In this document: piece after piece, positions 42,414-50,835 of the stretch
How the letters are laid out: each line of letters begins with the position of its first letter
Numbering within the stretch: position 1 is the stretch's first letter
From: an uncultured archaeon
GTDB lineage: Archaea; Asgardarchaeota; Lokiarchaeia; Sigyniarchaeales; SOKP01
Assembly (NCBI GenBank): GCA_964486045.1
Contig: CAZALK010000010.1
Span: 1-64,000, forward strand
Reading direction: 5' to 3'
Length of the DNA: 64,000 bases
Program-made: the position numbers and the translations under genes
The notes under the pieces: model-generated
The model's input: only the letters and a program-made list of their open reading frames with translations
Database searches by the model: none
What the model was told of the DNA's origin: nothing

Positions 42414-43181
42414 ATTAGTATTGACTGGGAAAAAGCTGAATCAAAACCAGAAAAGAAACTAGCTGTTGAGGGAAGATTTTTACTAGATCTAAGATCCAAA
42501 ATTAATAACATAGAAAAACAATTAGCTCAAAAAACTAAAGATTTAGAAAAATCTACTAATGATCTAACAACTACTCAAGAGAAATTACAAGAAATAGAGA
42601 AAATTACCAAAAATAAAAATAAAAGTTTTGAAGAAACACTGAAAAATTTTGAAAGAGCAAAAGAAGAAAAACTTTATGCTGACGCTGAAATTACTAAGCT
42701 AATAACCTCAAAATCAGAGATTGAAAAAAAAATGGCAGAGAGAGAATCTAAAATTACAGAATTGGAAAATAAACTAAAAGAGGCTTCATTAAAAGCTGAA
42801 ACTTTAGAAAAAGAAAAGGATGATGTTCAAACTAACATAGCAAAAGAAAAGGAAGATGTACAAACTAATTTGGAAAAAGAAAAAAATGATTTTAAAGAAA
42901 ATTTACAGCAAAAGGAGAATGAAATTGCAGATCTGAAAAAGCAACTACAGACAATTAATTCAAATAATTATGTTGAGATTGAAAGCCTGAAAAATGAAAA
43001 AGATTCCCAAGCAACAGAGATAACAACCTTAAAACAAAAAATCGAATCACTCGAAGATGCCATCTCTGAAGCTAAAGGAGCACCCCAACTTATGGAAGAA
43101 GTTAAAAACATTATGTCTCATAAGGGATTCTTGAGTGACCGTGAATTTGATGATCTCCTCTCTAAATTAGACATTAAATAA
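42414..43181 (+). CDS. Coiled-coil protein, paralog 2, with a probable ATT start (the ORF track shows only 42732..43181)
   Basis: The frame is open from after TGA 42405-07. ATT AGT ATT GAC TGG GAA AAA GCT GAA TCA AAA CCA reads (M)SIDWEKAESKP, aligning with the paralog 1 head. SD-like AGGTGA at 42402-07. Tail KGFLSDRE. Confidence 0.8.
   Translation: MSIDWEKAESKPEKKLAVEGRFLLDLRSKINNIEKQLAQKTKDLEKSTNDLTTTQEKLQEIEKITKNKNKSFEETLKNFERAKEEKLYADAEITKLITSKSEIEKKMAERESKITELENKLKEASLKAETLEKEKDDVQTNIAKEKEDVQTNLEKEKNDFKENLQQKENEIADLKKQLQTINSNNYVEIESLKNEKDSQATEITTLKQKIESLEDAISEAKGAPQLMEEVKNIMSHKGFLSDREFDDLLSKLDIK
42804..42890 (+). repeat. 33-nt (11-aa) in-frame tandem repeat, about 2.6 copies
   Basis: LEKEKDDVQTN / IAKEKEDVQTN / LEKEKND. 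Confidence 0.8.
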
Positions 43182-43199
43182 ATTCTTTTTACTATCAGA

Positions 43200-44294
43200 A
43201 TGGTTAAGTTAACTTGGGAAGAAAAAAAAGACGTCAACATAAATCTAGTTAAACTAAAAACAAAATATTCTAATTTTTTTGAAGATCTGCTAGACAATAC
43301 ATCAATCGACAACGAGCAAGTCCCTTCTAGTTCTAAAAGTAATAGATGGAAAAATAAATTATTTTGGGGTGAAAATTTAGAAGTTTTATATTCATTGTTA
43401 AATAATTTCGAAAATAAAATAGATCTCATTTATATTGATCCCCCTTTCTTTTCGGGTGTGAATTACAAAATAGAAATTTCTATTGAAAGTAAAGCTTATG
43501 ATTCGATTGCTTACATTGATAGCTGGCAAAAAGGTTTTGATTCATATTTACAAATGCTTTATGAACGAATAATACTATTTCAAAAACTTCTCTCACAGAC
43601 AGGCTTACTATTTATTCATCTAGATTGGCATGCTAGTCATTATATCAGAATATTGTTAGATGAGGTCTTTGGTAGAAATAAGTTTGTAAATAATATTATA
43701 TGGTACTATTACAACAAATATTCTGCTGGAAAGAAAAATCTACCACGCACATATGATAACATCTTAGTCTATTCCAAATCACAACAATACACTTTTAATC
43801 AAATTAGGATACCTCGCAAAAAACCAAGAAAACAACTAATGAGAGTCAATGTTAATGGTGTTTTAAAGAATGCTAAGGATGAGAATGGTCATGTAAGATA
43901 TCGTATTGTCACAGATAAGAAGTTAGATGATGTTTGGAAAATCCCCTGTCTGCAACCGGCTTCAAAGGAATGGACGGGCTTTCCTACCCAAAAACATCAT
44001 AAATTATTGGAAAGAATAATAGAGTTAGGATCTAATGAAGGTGATTTAATAGCAGACTTTTTTTGTGGCTCAGGGACTAGTTTGTTGGCTGCAGAAAAGT
44101 TAAAAAGAAGATGGATCGGATGTGATATCTCTGAATATTCGATGTACTTAACTAGAAAGCGTCTTTTAAACCATCATAAAAATATTCAAAAATATTTTTC
44201 CTTTGATATTTTAACTCACATGAATAAAAAGAGAAAAAAAATAATCGATTCGGGTTTCTTTAGAAAGAATCTCTCAGTAAAAAGGAAAAAATGA
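43200..44294 (+). CDS. Site-specific DNA methyltransferase (beta class, Mod-like N6A/N4C)
   Basis: DLIYIDPPF precedes FPTQK and DFFCGSGT, then RRWIGCD. Confidence 0.9.
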   Translation: MVKLTWEEKKDVNINLVKLKTKYSNFFEDLLDNTSIDNEQVPSSSKSNRWKNKLFWGENLEVLYSLLNNFENKIDLIYIDPPFFSGVNYKIEISIESKAYDSIAYIDSWQKGFDSYLQMLYERIILFQKLLSQTGLLFIHLDWHASHYIRILLDEVFGRNKFVNNIIWYYYNKYSAGKKNLPRTYDNILVYSKSQQYTFNQIRIPRKKPRKQLMRVNVNGVLKNAKDENGHVRYRIVTDKKLDDVWKIPCLQPASKEWTGFPTQKHHKLLERIIELGSNEGDLIADFFCGSGTSLLAAEKLKRRWIGCDISEYSMYLTRKRLLNHHKNIQKYFSFDILTHMNKKRKKIIDSGFFRKNLSVKRKK

Positions 44295-44298
44295 AATT

Positions 44299-45735
44299 CT
44301 ACGAGTTTTGGTTGTGATATCTTATACTATACCTTAAATATTTTGATAATGCTTCATACACAGCATCTCCAATTTTATTTAATGAAGCGGCAACATGATG
44401 AGCGTATCCTTCTTCACATACAATTTTCAACAAATCTTGTAAATTAGGGATTTCAACAACCCCATATCCTCCAAATGTATTTACAGGATCATCTATGTAA
44501 TTACCTTCTGTTACTATCGCTTTAATCTCGCCAAATAAATCATCTGTATCAACTCTAAGTAATGTACAGGGTTTGGTTTTGATTCGTCCTTGAATTGCTC
44601 CAAAACTTACCTCCTCTCCCTTTAAATCAGAAATAATAGGGTGAATAGTCATTTGGCTATCTTTAAAGAAAGATTTAGGAAGGTTACTACAATGAAATAA
44701 TATCAATTTGTTAGGATTTTTACCGTAATTGTTATTCCAATCGAGAATAGCAGAAGGTGTATCAGAAGCAGTCTGTAAAATTAACATACTAATCAACCCA
44801 GGAATATCTGCTTCACAAGCGGCTGGTACTAATCCTTCGCTAAACATACTTAGTACTGCACAAGGCACGATACCGAAGTTATCTTGAATTGAAGGCCAAC
44901 ATTGAAATGCAAAACCATCTAGTTCATTTTCAAAGACCCAATTTTCAACCACTACTGCTAATTTTGCTAATTTAATGACCCCTTCTTCTGGAAATGAGGA
45001 AGTTGAGGTATAATTTTTAATAAATTGGATTTTTTCTACTACTTTTGGATCGTTATTATTTAATTTGCTAATAAAACCAAAAATTTCAGATAAGTCAATT
45101 GGTTCTATACTTATACCATTGAACTCCAGAATTTTTTCACTGTACCTTACGGTTTCAAATGCGTTAGGTCGTGTTCCAATTTGACCCAACCTAACCACCC
45201 TAAGTTTTTTCACAATTTTGCAAATTTTTTCAAACCACCTTAGATCTTTCTTAAAAATGTCTGATTTTATTGGACAAGTATGATATTCTGTAAGAGTAAA
45301 TGGAATTCCATATTGATACAATACACTAGTGACTGAAATTTTACCACAAAATGCATCTCTTCGATTTGGACGATCCATTTTATCAAGCTCATCAGATGAT
45401 GCTTGAATTAACACAGGAACATTGAGATCTGCAATTTTTAGTGTGTTAGCTACTCCCTTTTCATCACCAAAATTAGGAAGTATAACTATTACTCCGCCTA
45501 TTTTTTCCGCATTATTTTTAAATAAAAAGGCACATTTTTTAGCTTCTTTATAGGTTTCTACTGTTCCAGATTTTGTATCCTCCTCGCTTAAAATAACATA
45601 ATTGTAACCCATTTCTTCCATAACTTCTATAATTTCAAGCCTCCCTTCTTTTGCTAGATTATCTGGAAACACATCTCGGTTACCTACAATGATTCCAAAC
45701 GTTATTTTTTCAGGTGTTTTGGATTTAAATCCCAT
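44299..45735 (-). CDS. L-fucose/L-arabinose isomerase family protein
   Basis: NFGDE, RRDAFCGKIS, FETVRYSE, QCW, CEAD, FHCSN, HHVA. Confidence 0.85.
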   Translation of the reverse strand: MGFKSKTPEKITFGIIVGNRDVFPDNLAKEGRLEIIEVMEEMGYNYVILSEEDTKSGTVETYKEAKKCAFLFKNNAEKIGGVIVILPNFGDEKGVANTLKIADLNVPVLIQASSDELDKMDRPNRRDAFCGKISVTSVLYQYGIPFTLTEYHTCPIKSDIFKKDLRWFEKICKIVKKLRVVRLGQIGTRPNAFETVRYSEKILEFNGISIEPIDLSEIFGFISKLNNNDPKVVEKIQFIKNYTSTSSFPEEGVIKLAKLAVVVENWVFENELDGFAFQCWPSIQDNFGIVPCAVLSMFSEGLVPAACEADIPGLISMLILQTASDTPSAILDWNNNYGKNPNKLILFHCSNLPKSFFKDSQMTIHPIISDLKGEEVSFGAIQGRIKTKPCTLLRVDTDDLFGEIKAIVTEGNYIDDPVNTFGGYGVVEIPNLQDLLKIVCEEGYAHHVAASLNKIGDAVYEALSKYLRYSIRYHNQNS

Positions 45736-45826
45736 ATTTTTATTCTCGATTTATTATATTTACAAAATTTAATTAAGTAATTTAATTAAAGAATTTAAAA
45801 CTAAAATAAAAATTGGTACCTCTTCA

Positions 45827-47089
45827 ATGAATATAAGATCTAGATTCATAACTAAAATAAAACATCTTTGGGATCAAAAGATATTTCGTTTAGCAGTTGT
45901 CTTACACAGTTTTTACTTTATTCTTTCGATAATTTTATTCTTATTACTTTATAAGGAAAAAAATGATTTTTTAATTTTTTATCATGTTGGGGATATTTTC
46001 GTCAATGATATTGAAAATTTGTATGATCAAACCCATTATTTATGGGATTTTAGATATTTTCCTTTATCAGCACTTTTTTTTATTCCTTTTTCAGTCTTGA
46101 GTTTTGAAATTGCATTTATAGCTTTTAATATTTTTAATGTTCTGCTTAACGTTCTGATTTCCGTTATCCTCTATAAAGTAATTATTTTAGTCAGAGATAA
46201 AGATCATGAGAAAGATGATAAAAGAATAATAATTTATATATGTATTTACTTAATGGGTTTACCTCATATCTTAAATTATGTTTATGGGCAAATAAACTTA
46301 TACATAACACTATTTATTATAGTATCTCTCTATATATTTCTTAAATATGAAGACCTTAAATGGCAATTAATTGGAAGCGTAATCCTAGGAATTAGCATCA
46401 TAATTAAACCCACGGCATTATTCCTAATTCCATTTTTAATAGTGTTAAAATTTGATCTAGGAAAGAAGAAGTTTAGCTTTAATTTCTCTACAAGTGCTAT
46501 AAGGTTAATTGGCGTCGTTTTACCTGTCTCATTAAATTTTATACTTTTTTTTATGTATCCCCCTTTATGGGAAGGCTTCTTAAAAACAAATTTTACGGGG
46601 AGCAATCCGGTTGCATTAAATTTTTCTTTCAGCATTTCAAAACTAATTATTAATTTCTGCTATTTCTTTAATATTCCTTTTAATCAAATCTTCATATTAA
46701 TCGTAGTTATCGGTGTCATAGGTGGTCTAGGTTTTATTGTCTTTATATTAAGAAGAACTGAAAATTATTCTATAATATATGGATTTGCATTAGGTATAAC
46801 CATAATGCTCCTTGTTTATTATGATTCTTGGGACCATCATCTGTTAAATTTAATCCCTGTTTTAATTATTATTATTTTCAATCTTCCTAAGAACTCAGGA
46901 ATAACAACATCCATTAAAACAAGTTTGATTTTCTTCAGCTTTTTCGATCTTGCTTTTGTGGGCATCTGGTACCTCATTTATCCGTTGTTTCCATTCAATT
47001 TTGAAGGTACCTTCTTCCTATTAATTTCTTTTTATGCTCTCTATAAGTATTTGGTGAAAAAAGAAATGCATCAAACAATGGAGGACTAA
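45827..47089 (+). CDS. GT-C fold glycosyltransferase (GT87/DUF2029-like), paralog 1
   Basis: DFLIFY...LY...FRYFPLSALFFIPF, GQIN, IIKP, WDHH. Multi-TM. Confidence 0.8.
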   Translation: MNIRSRFITKIKHLWDQKIFRLAVVLHSFYFILSIILFLLLYKEKNDFLIFYHVGDIFVNDIENLYDQTHYLWDFRYFPLSALFFIPFSVLSFEIAFIAFNIFNVLLNVLISVILYKVIILVRDKDHEKDDKRIIIYICIYLMGLPHILNYVYGQINLYITLFIIVSLYIFLKYEDLKWQLIGSVILGISIIIKPTALFLIPFLIVLKFDLGKKKFSFNFSTSAIRLIGVVLPVSLNFILFFMYPPLWEGFLKTNFTGSNPVALNFSFSISKLIINFCYFFNIPFNQIFILIVVIGVIGGLGFIVFILRRTENYSIIYGFALGITIMLLVYYDSWDHHLLNLIPVLIIIIFNLPKNSGITTSIKTSLIFFSFFDLAFVGIWYLIYPLFPFNFEGTFFLLISFYALYKYLVKKEMHQTMED

Positions 47090-47093
47090 GAAA

Positions 47094-47861
47094 TTGAAAG
47101 GAAAAAAGCTATCTCTAGGTTTTTTGATTGTTTTTATCTTTATAAACGGGATGATTTTCAATGTTTTTGGGATCAATTATGGGATTGGTGTGCATCAAAA
47201 TGATGAGTTAGTATGGGAGTGTAAAGTTAGTATTAACTCTGAAATAGATTTGATTTTTGGAAATGGGTGGGATAGTTCAGGAATTTTCACAAATTTAAGT
47301 CGAGGAACGAGGATGAAATGGAGAATAAATTCTGCTGAAATAAATGACACCATTAGCAGTATTGAATATGATATATGGTTTTGGAGTTTAAATGATGATT
47401 GGGGTACCAAAGATAATAGCTCCCAAATTAATGTTTTTATTGATCCGATTGATTATTCGGAGAACTATAGTTTTCTTAATTATACTTCACTTGTCCCATT
47501 TTGGATTCCTATTCCAGTGGGAGAGTACATAGGAGGTCTAAGTTCAAATCTAAGTTCTTGGTATGATGTAGATAATAGAGTGTTACCGACATTAAATGTA
47601 AACATTCGAAAGAATGATATTTCTCCTGGTTATCCTAACAAAGATATTAAAATCATTGCTATTTACAATGATCGTGGGCTTTTGAATTCTTACAAACTCT
47701 ATGGAAAGGGAAACACAGTAATTATTGATATAGTTCTAGATGATTTACCATTCTATGTAATACCTACATTAATAGGGTTAATAGTTGCTTTCTCTGTATG
47801 TATCATCATATATATTGTAAAAAATAAATATATACATAATTCACCAATAGTTAAGAAATGA
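47094..47861 (+). CDS. Secreted/surface protein with a signal peptide and C-terminal membrane anchor
   Basis: N-terminal MKGKK plus hydrophobic stretch. C-terminal VIPTLIGLIVAFSVCIIIYIVKNK. Six N-x-S/T sequons. Confidence 0.8.
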   Translation: MKGKKLSLGFLIVFIFINGMIFNVFGINYGIGVHQNDELVWECKVSINSEIDLIFGNGWDSSGIFTNLSRGTRMKWRINSAEINDTISSIEYDIWFWSLNDDWGTKDNSSQINVFIDPIDYSENYSFLNYTSLVPFWIPIPVGEYIGGLSSNLSSWYDVDNRVLPTLNVNIRKNDISPGYPNKDIKIIAIYNDRGLLNSYKLYGKGNTVIIDIVLDDLPFYVIPTLIGLIVAFSVCIIIYIVKNKYIHNSPIVKK

Positions 47862-49141
47862 TTGCAAAACAAATTTTACCCAAAATTAAAAGCAGGATTA
47901 AGGTATTATGGGAGTATAAAATATTTAAATATACTTTAATAATTCATGGAGGTTATTTTATAGTTTCACTCATTTTAACACTCATTTTTTTTAGGGATCA
48001 GAGCGATTTCCTTGTCTATTATGAAGTAGGAGAAGTAGTACTTAGAGACATTAATGATCTTTATACTCAGCCCTATAAATGGCCATTTAGATACTTACCA
48101 ATTTCCTCATTGTATTTTGTTCCCTTCTATTTGATGGGGTTTGATTTAGGTTTCATAGTTTTTAACTTAATAAACTTGATGTTAAACATTCTAATTTCTA
48201 TATTTCTTTTTAGGATTATTAATTTGGTAAGAAAAAAGGATCATGAGCAAAATGATAATAGGGTTATTCTTTACATTTGTTTATACATGATTAGCCTTCC
48301 GCAGATATTTAATTATATTTTAGGACAAATTAATTTGTATGTAACACTGTTGATTTTATTGTCATTATTTATATATTTGAAATACTCTGAACTAAAATGG
48401 CATTTTATTGCTAGTATAATTCTTGGTTTAAGCATAGTGATAAAACCGATAACAATTCTCATGATTCCCTTCCTATTTGTATTGAAAATTGATTTAAGAA
48501 ATAAAAAAGTAAAACTTGATGTTACTAAAAGCATTATACGATTAATTGGAATAATACTACCCATCTCCCTTAATTTTATAATGTTTGTAATGTTTCCACG
48601 ATTATTACAGGGATTTTTAGCCACAAATTTTACGAGTTCTGAACCTTCACAAGCGAATCATTCATTTAGCATTACCAAATTAATTATTAATATCTTGTAT
48701 TTTATAGGAATTGCTGAGGAACAAGTGTTATCGATTCAATTATACTTATTTTTCATTATTTTAGTAATAGTAGCTCTATTAGGTTTCCTATCATTCATAA
48801 CAAGAAAGATTAACGAACATGCGATTATATATGGTTATAGTTTTGGGATCTTAATTATGTTCCTTTGTTATTACGATTCCTGGAACCACCATTTACTGAA
48901 CTTAACACCTTTATTAATAATTATTTTATTCAATTTATCGCGAAAATCTGAAATAACTAAAAAATTCATCAAACCCAGTTTTTTCTTTTTAAGTTTTCTT
49001 GATCTAGCGTTCATGGGGTTATATTTTGCAGTAGAAGACTATTTTCCTTTTAATTTCGCGAGCACCATCTTCCTTTTACTTGTTTTTTATGGATTAATTA
49101 AGTATTTAAATTTTAAAAATGATAAAAAAAGGCTCAATTAG
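47858..49141 (+). CDS. GT-C fold glycosyltransferase (GT87/DUF2029-like), paralog 2
   Basis: DFLVYY...FRYLPISSLYFVPF, GQIN, VIKP, WNHH. Clearly paralogous to 45827..47089. Confidence 0.8.
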   Translation: MIAKQILPKIKSRIKVLWEYKIFKYTLIIHGGYFIVSLILTLIFFRDQSDFLVYYEVGEVVLRDINDLYTQPYKWPFRYLPISSLYFVPFYLMGFDLGFIVFNLINLMLNILISIFLFRIINLVRKKDHEQNDNRVILYICLYMISLPQIFNYILGQINLYVTLLILLSLFIYLKYSELKWHFIASIILGLSIVIKPITILMIPFLFVLKIDLRNKKVKLDVTKSIIRLIGIILPISLNFIMFVMFPRLLQGFLATNFTSSEPSQANHSFSITKLIINILYFIGIAEEQVLSIQLYLFFIILVIVALLGFLSFITRKINEHAIIYGYSFGILIMFLCYYDSWNHHLLNLTPLLIIILFNLSRKSEITKKFIKPSFFFLSFLDLAFMGLYFAVEDYFPFNFASTIFLLLVFYGLIKYLNFKNDKKRLN

Positions 49142-49144
49142 AAA

Positions 49145-49864
49145 ATGGAAATAATTCCTGCTATAGATATTAGTAACGGAAGATGTGTTCGATTATATAA
49201 AGGGAGAAAGGGAACAGAGACAATATATTTTGAGAATCCTCTTGAAGCGTTAGAATTCTGGACAAAAAATGGAGCAAAAAGACTTCATTTTATTGATCTC
49301 GATGGAGCATGGGGCTCAGATATCAATAAAAAGTTGCTTCGAGAGATGATTAAAATTGTTCCCAATAAAACTAAAATTCAAATAGGTGGAGGAATCAGAA
49401 GTATTGAATCTGCTCTAGAGTTAATTAAACTTGGTGCCGATCGCGTTATTATAGGCACCTTTGCGGTAAAAAATCCTAAAGGTGTAAAAAATTTATTAGA
49501 AACAATTGGTGTTGATAAAGTAATTATTGCAATCGATTACCGAAAAGAAAGAGTGGCCATTCAAGGATGGACTGTACTTTCCAATAAAAATCCATTTTCC
49601 TTTGGACGAGAGCTCGAAGAATTTGGAGTAAAATACTTCATTTTTTCATCAATTGAGGCAGATGGAACTTTATCTGGTCCAGATTTTGAAAATATAAGAA
49701 AGATGATTAAATCAGTTAAGAATTCTTCAATTTATGTTGCAGGTGGGGTAAGATCTATAGAGGATTTAGAAACTTTGCAAAAAATCGGAGTTAAAGGGGT
49801 TATAATTGGGAAAGCTTTCTATGAACATTCTTTACCATTTTCTATAATCAAAAATTCTATATAG
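49145..49864 (+). CDS. hisA: ProFAR isomerase
   Basis: IIPAIDISNGRCVRL, LHFIDLDGA, QIGGGIRS, DGTLSGPD, AGGV. Confidence 0.93.
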   Translation: MEIIPAIDISNGRCVRLYKGRKGTETIYFENPLEALEFWTKNGAKRLHFIDLDGAWGSDINKKLLREMIKIVPNKTKIQIGGGIRSIESALELIKLGADRVIIGTFAVKNPKGVKNLLETIGVDKVIIAIDYRKERVAIQGWTVLSNKNPFSFGRELEEFGVKYFIFSSIEADGTLSGPDFENIRKMIKSVKNSSIYVAGGVRSIEDLETLQKIGVKGVIIGKAFYEHSLPFSIIKNSI

Positions 49865-49949
49865 GAAAGTTAAATTATAATCAAAGAGGACCAAAAATTA
49901 GGCTCCAAAAAAGTTTTATAATTACACTTGTATTTTTATCGAATTAAAA

Positions 49950-50684
49950 ATGTTTCAAGCGTTTTATTTCCCTCCATTATTGCTTGTTTTTGCCCCTGCA
50001 TTTACTCTAGGAATTCTTCATACTGCAATTCCATGCGAAGATAAGGCAATATTTTTTTTTTGGTCGTTTGGAATATCTAAAACACCTAAAAAAAGTATTT
50101 TTATTTTAATGCTTTACGGACTAGGATTAATTTCTTCAAATTTAATAATTGCGACAGGAACGATTGTTATTAGTTTTATTCCTCAACTTCTTTTTCCGGC
50201 TATTATTCCAGAAGACCCCTTTTCAATTAATTTCTTTGGAGCTGTTACATCCATGTTTGCGGGATTTGTTTTGTTGTTTTTTATAATAAGGAAAGGATAC
50301 ATGCCCCATTCTAAACAAAGGGAAGAGATCGATAAATTTAATTGGGAAAAGAAAAAAACTCCGTATCTGTTTGGCATCTTAGCAGGATTCGCTCCTTGTA
50401 TTTTTGAGTTGCTCATATATACTTGGTGCCTACAATGGTCATTACGAGGTGGGCTTGGTTTTATAGATGGAATTTTCACTGTGTTTTACTTTTCATTGGG
50501 AACATTTATAGGACTATTCCCTCTGGCTTTAGCTAAGCACGGTACATCTCAAATAATAAAAACTAAAAAAAATGAAAGGCGCGGAGTCTTAATTAGTATG
50601 ATACTTATTATTGTGATATTTAATGCTACAGTTATGATTTTATCCTTCCTTAGGATTCCAGTTTTTCCAAAAGTCCCTTTTTAA
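49950..50684 (+). CDS. Membrane protein of the DsbD_2/NiCoT-UreH-like superfamily
   Basis: About six TM segments, with GILHTAIPC in TM1 and GFAPC in TM4. Confidence 0.55.
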   Translation: MFQAFYFPPLLLVFAPAFTLGILHTAIPCEDKAIFFFWSFGISKTPKKSIFILMLYGLGLISSNLIIATGTIVISFIPQLLFPAIIPEDPFSINFFGAVTSMFAGFVLLFFIIRKGYMPHSKQREEIDKFNWEKKKTPYLFGILAGFAPCIFELLIYTWCLQWSLRGGLGFIDGIFTVFYFSLGTFIGLFPLALAKHGTSQIIKTKKNERRGVLISMILIIVIFNATVMILSFLRIPVFPKVPF

Positions 50685-50835
50685 ATAATTTCATTGAATA
50701 ATATAATGAAAAATTTAAATATCTCTCGATTATTCAATAAAAAGTAGAAATAATAAAATTGGACTCTATAAATATTTTAAGATGTAATTTCATTATATTT
50801 ATATAGTTTTTAAAAATGCAAATGGATTTAAAATA

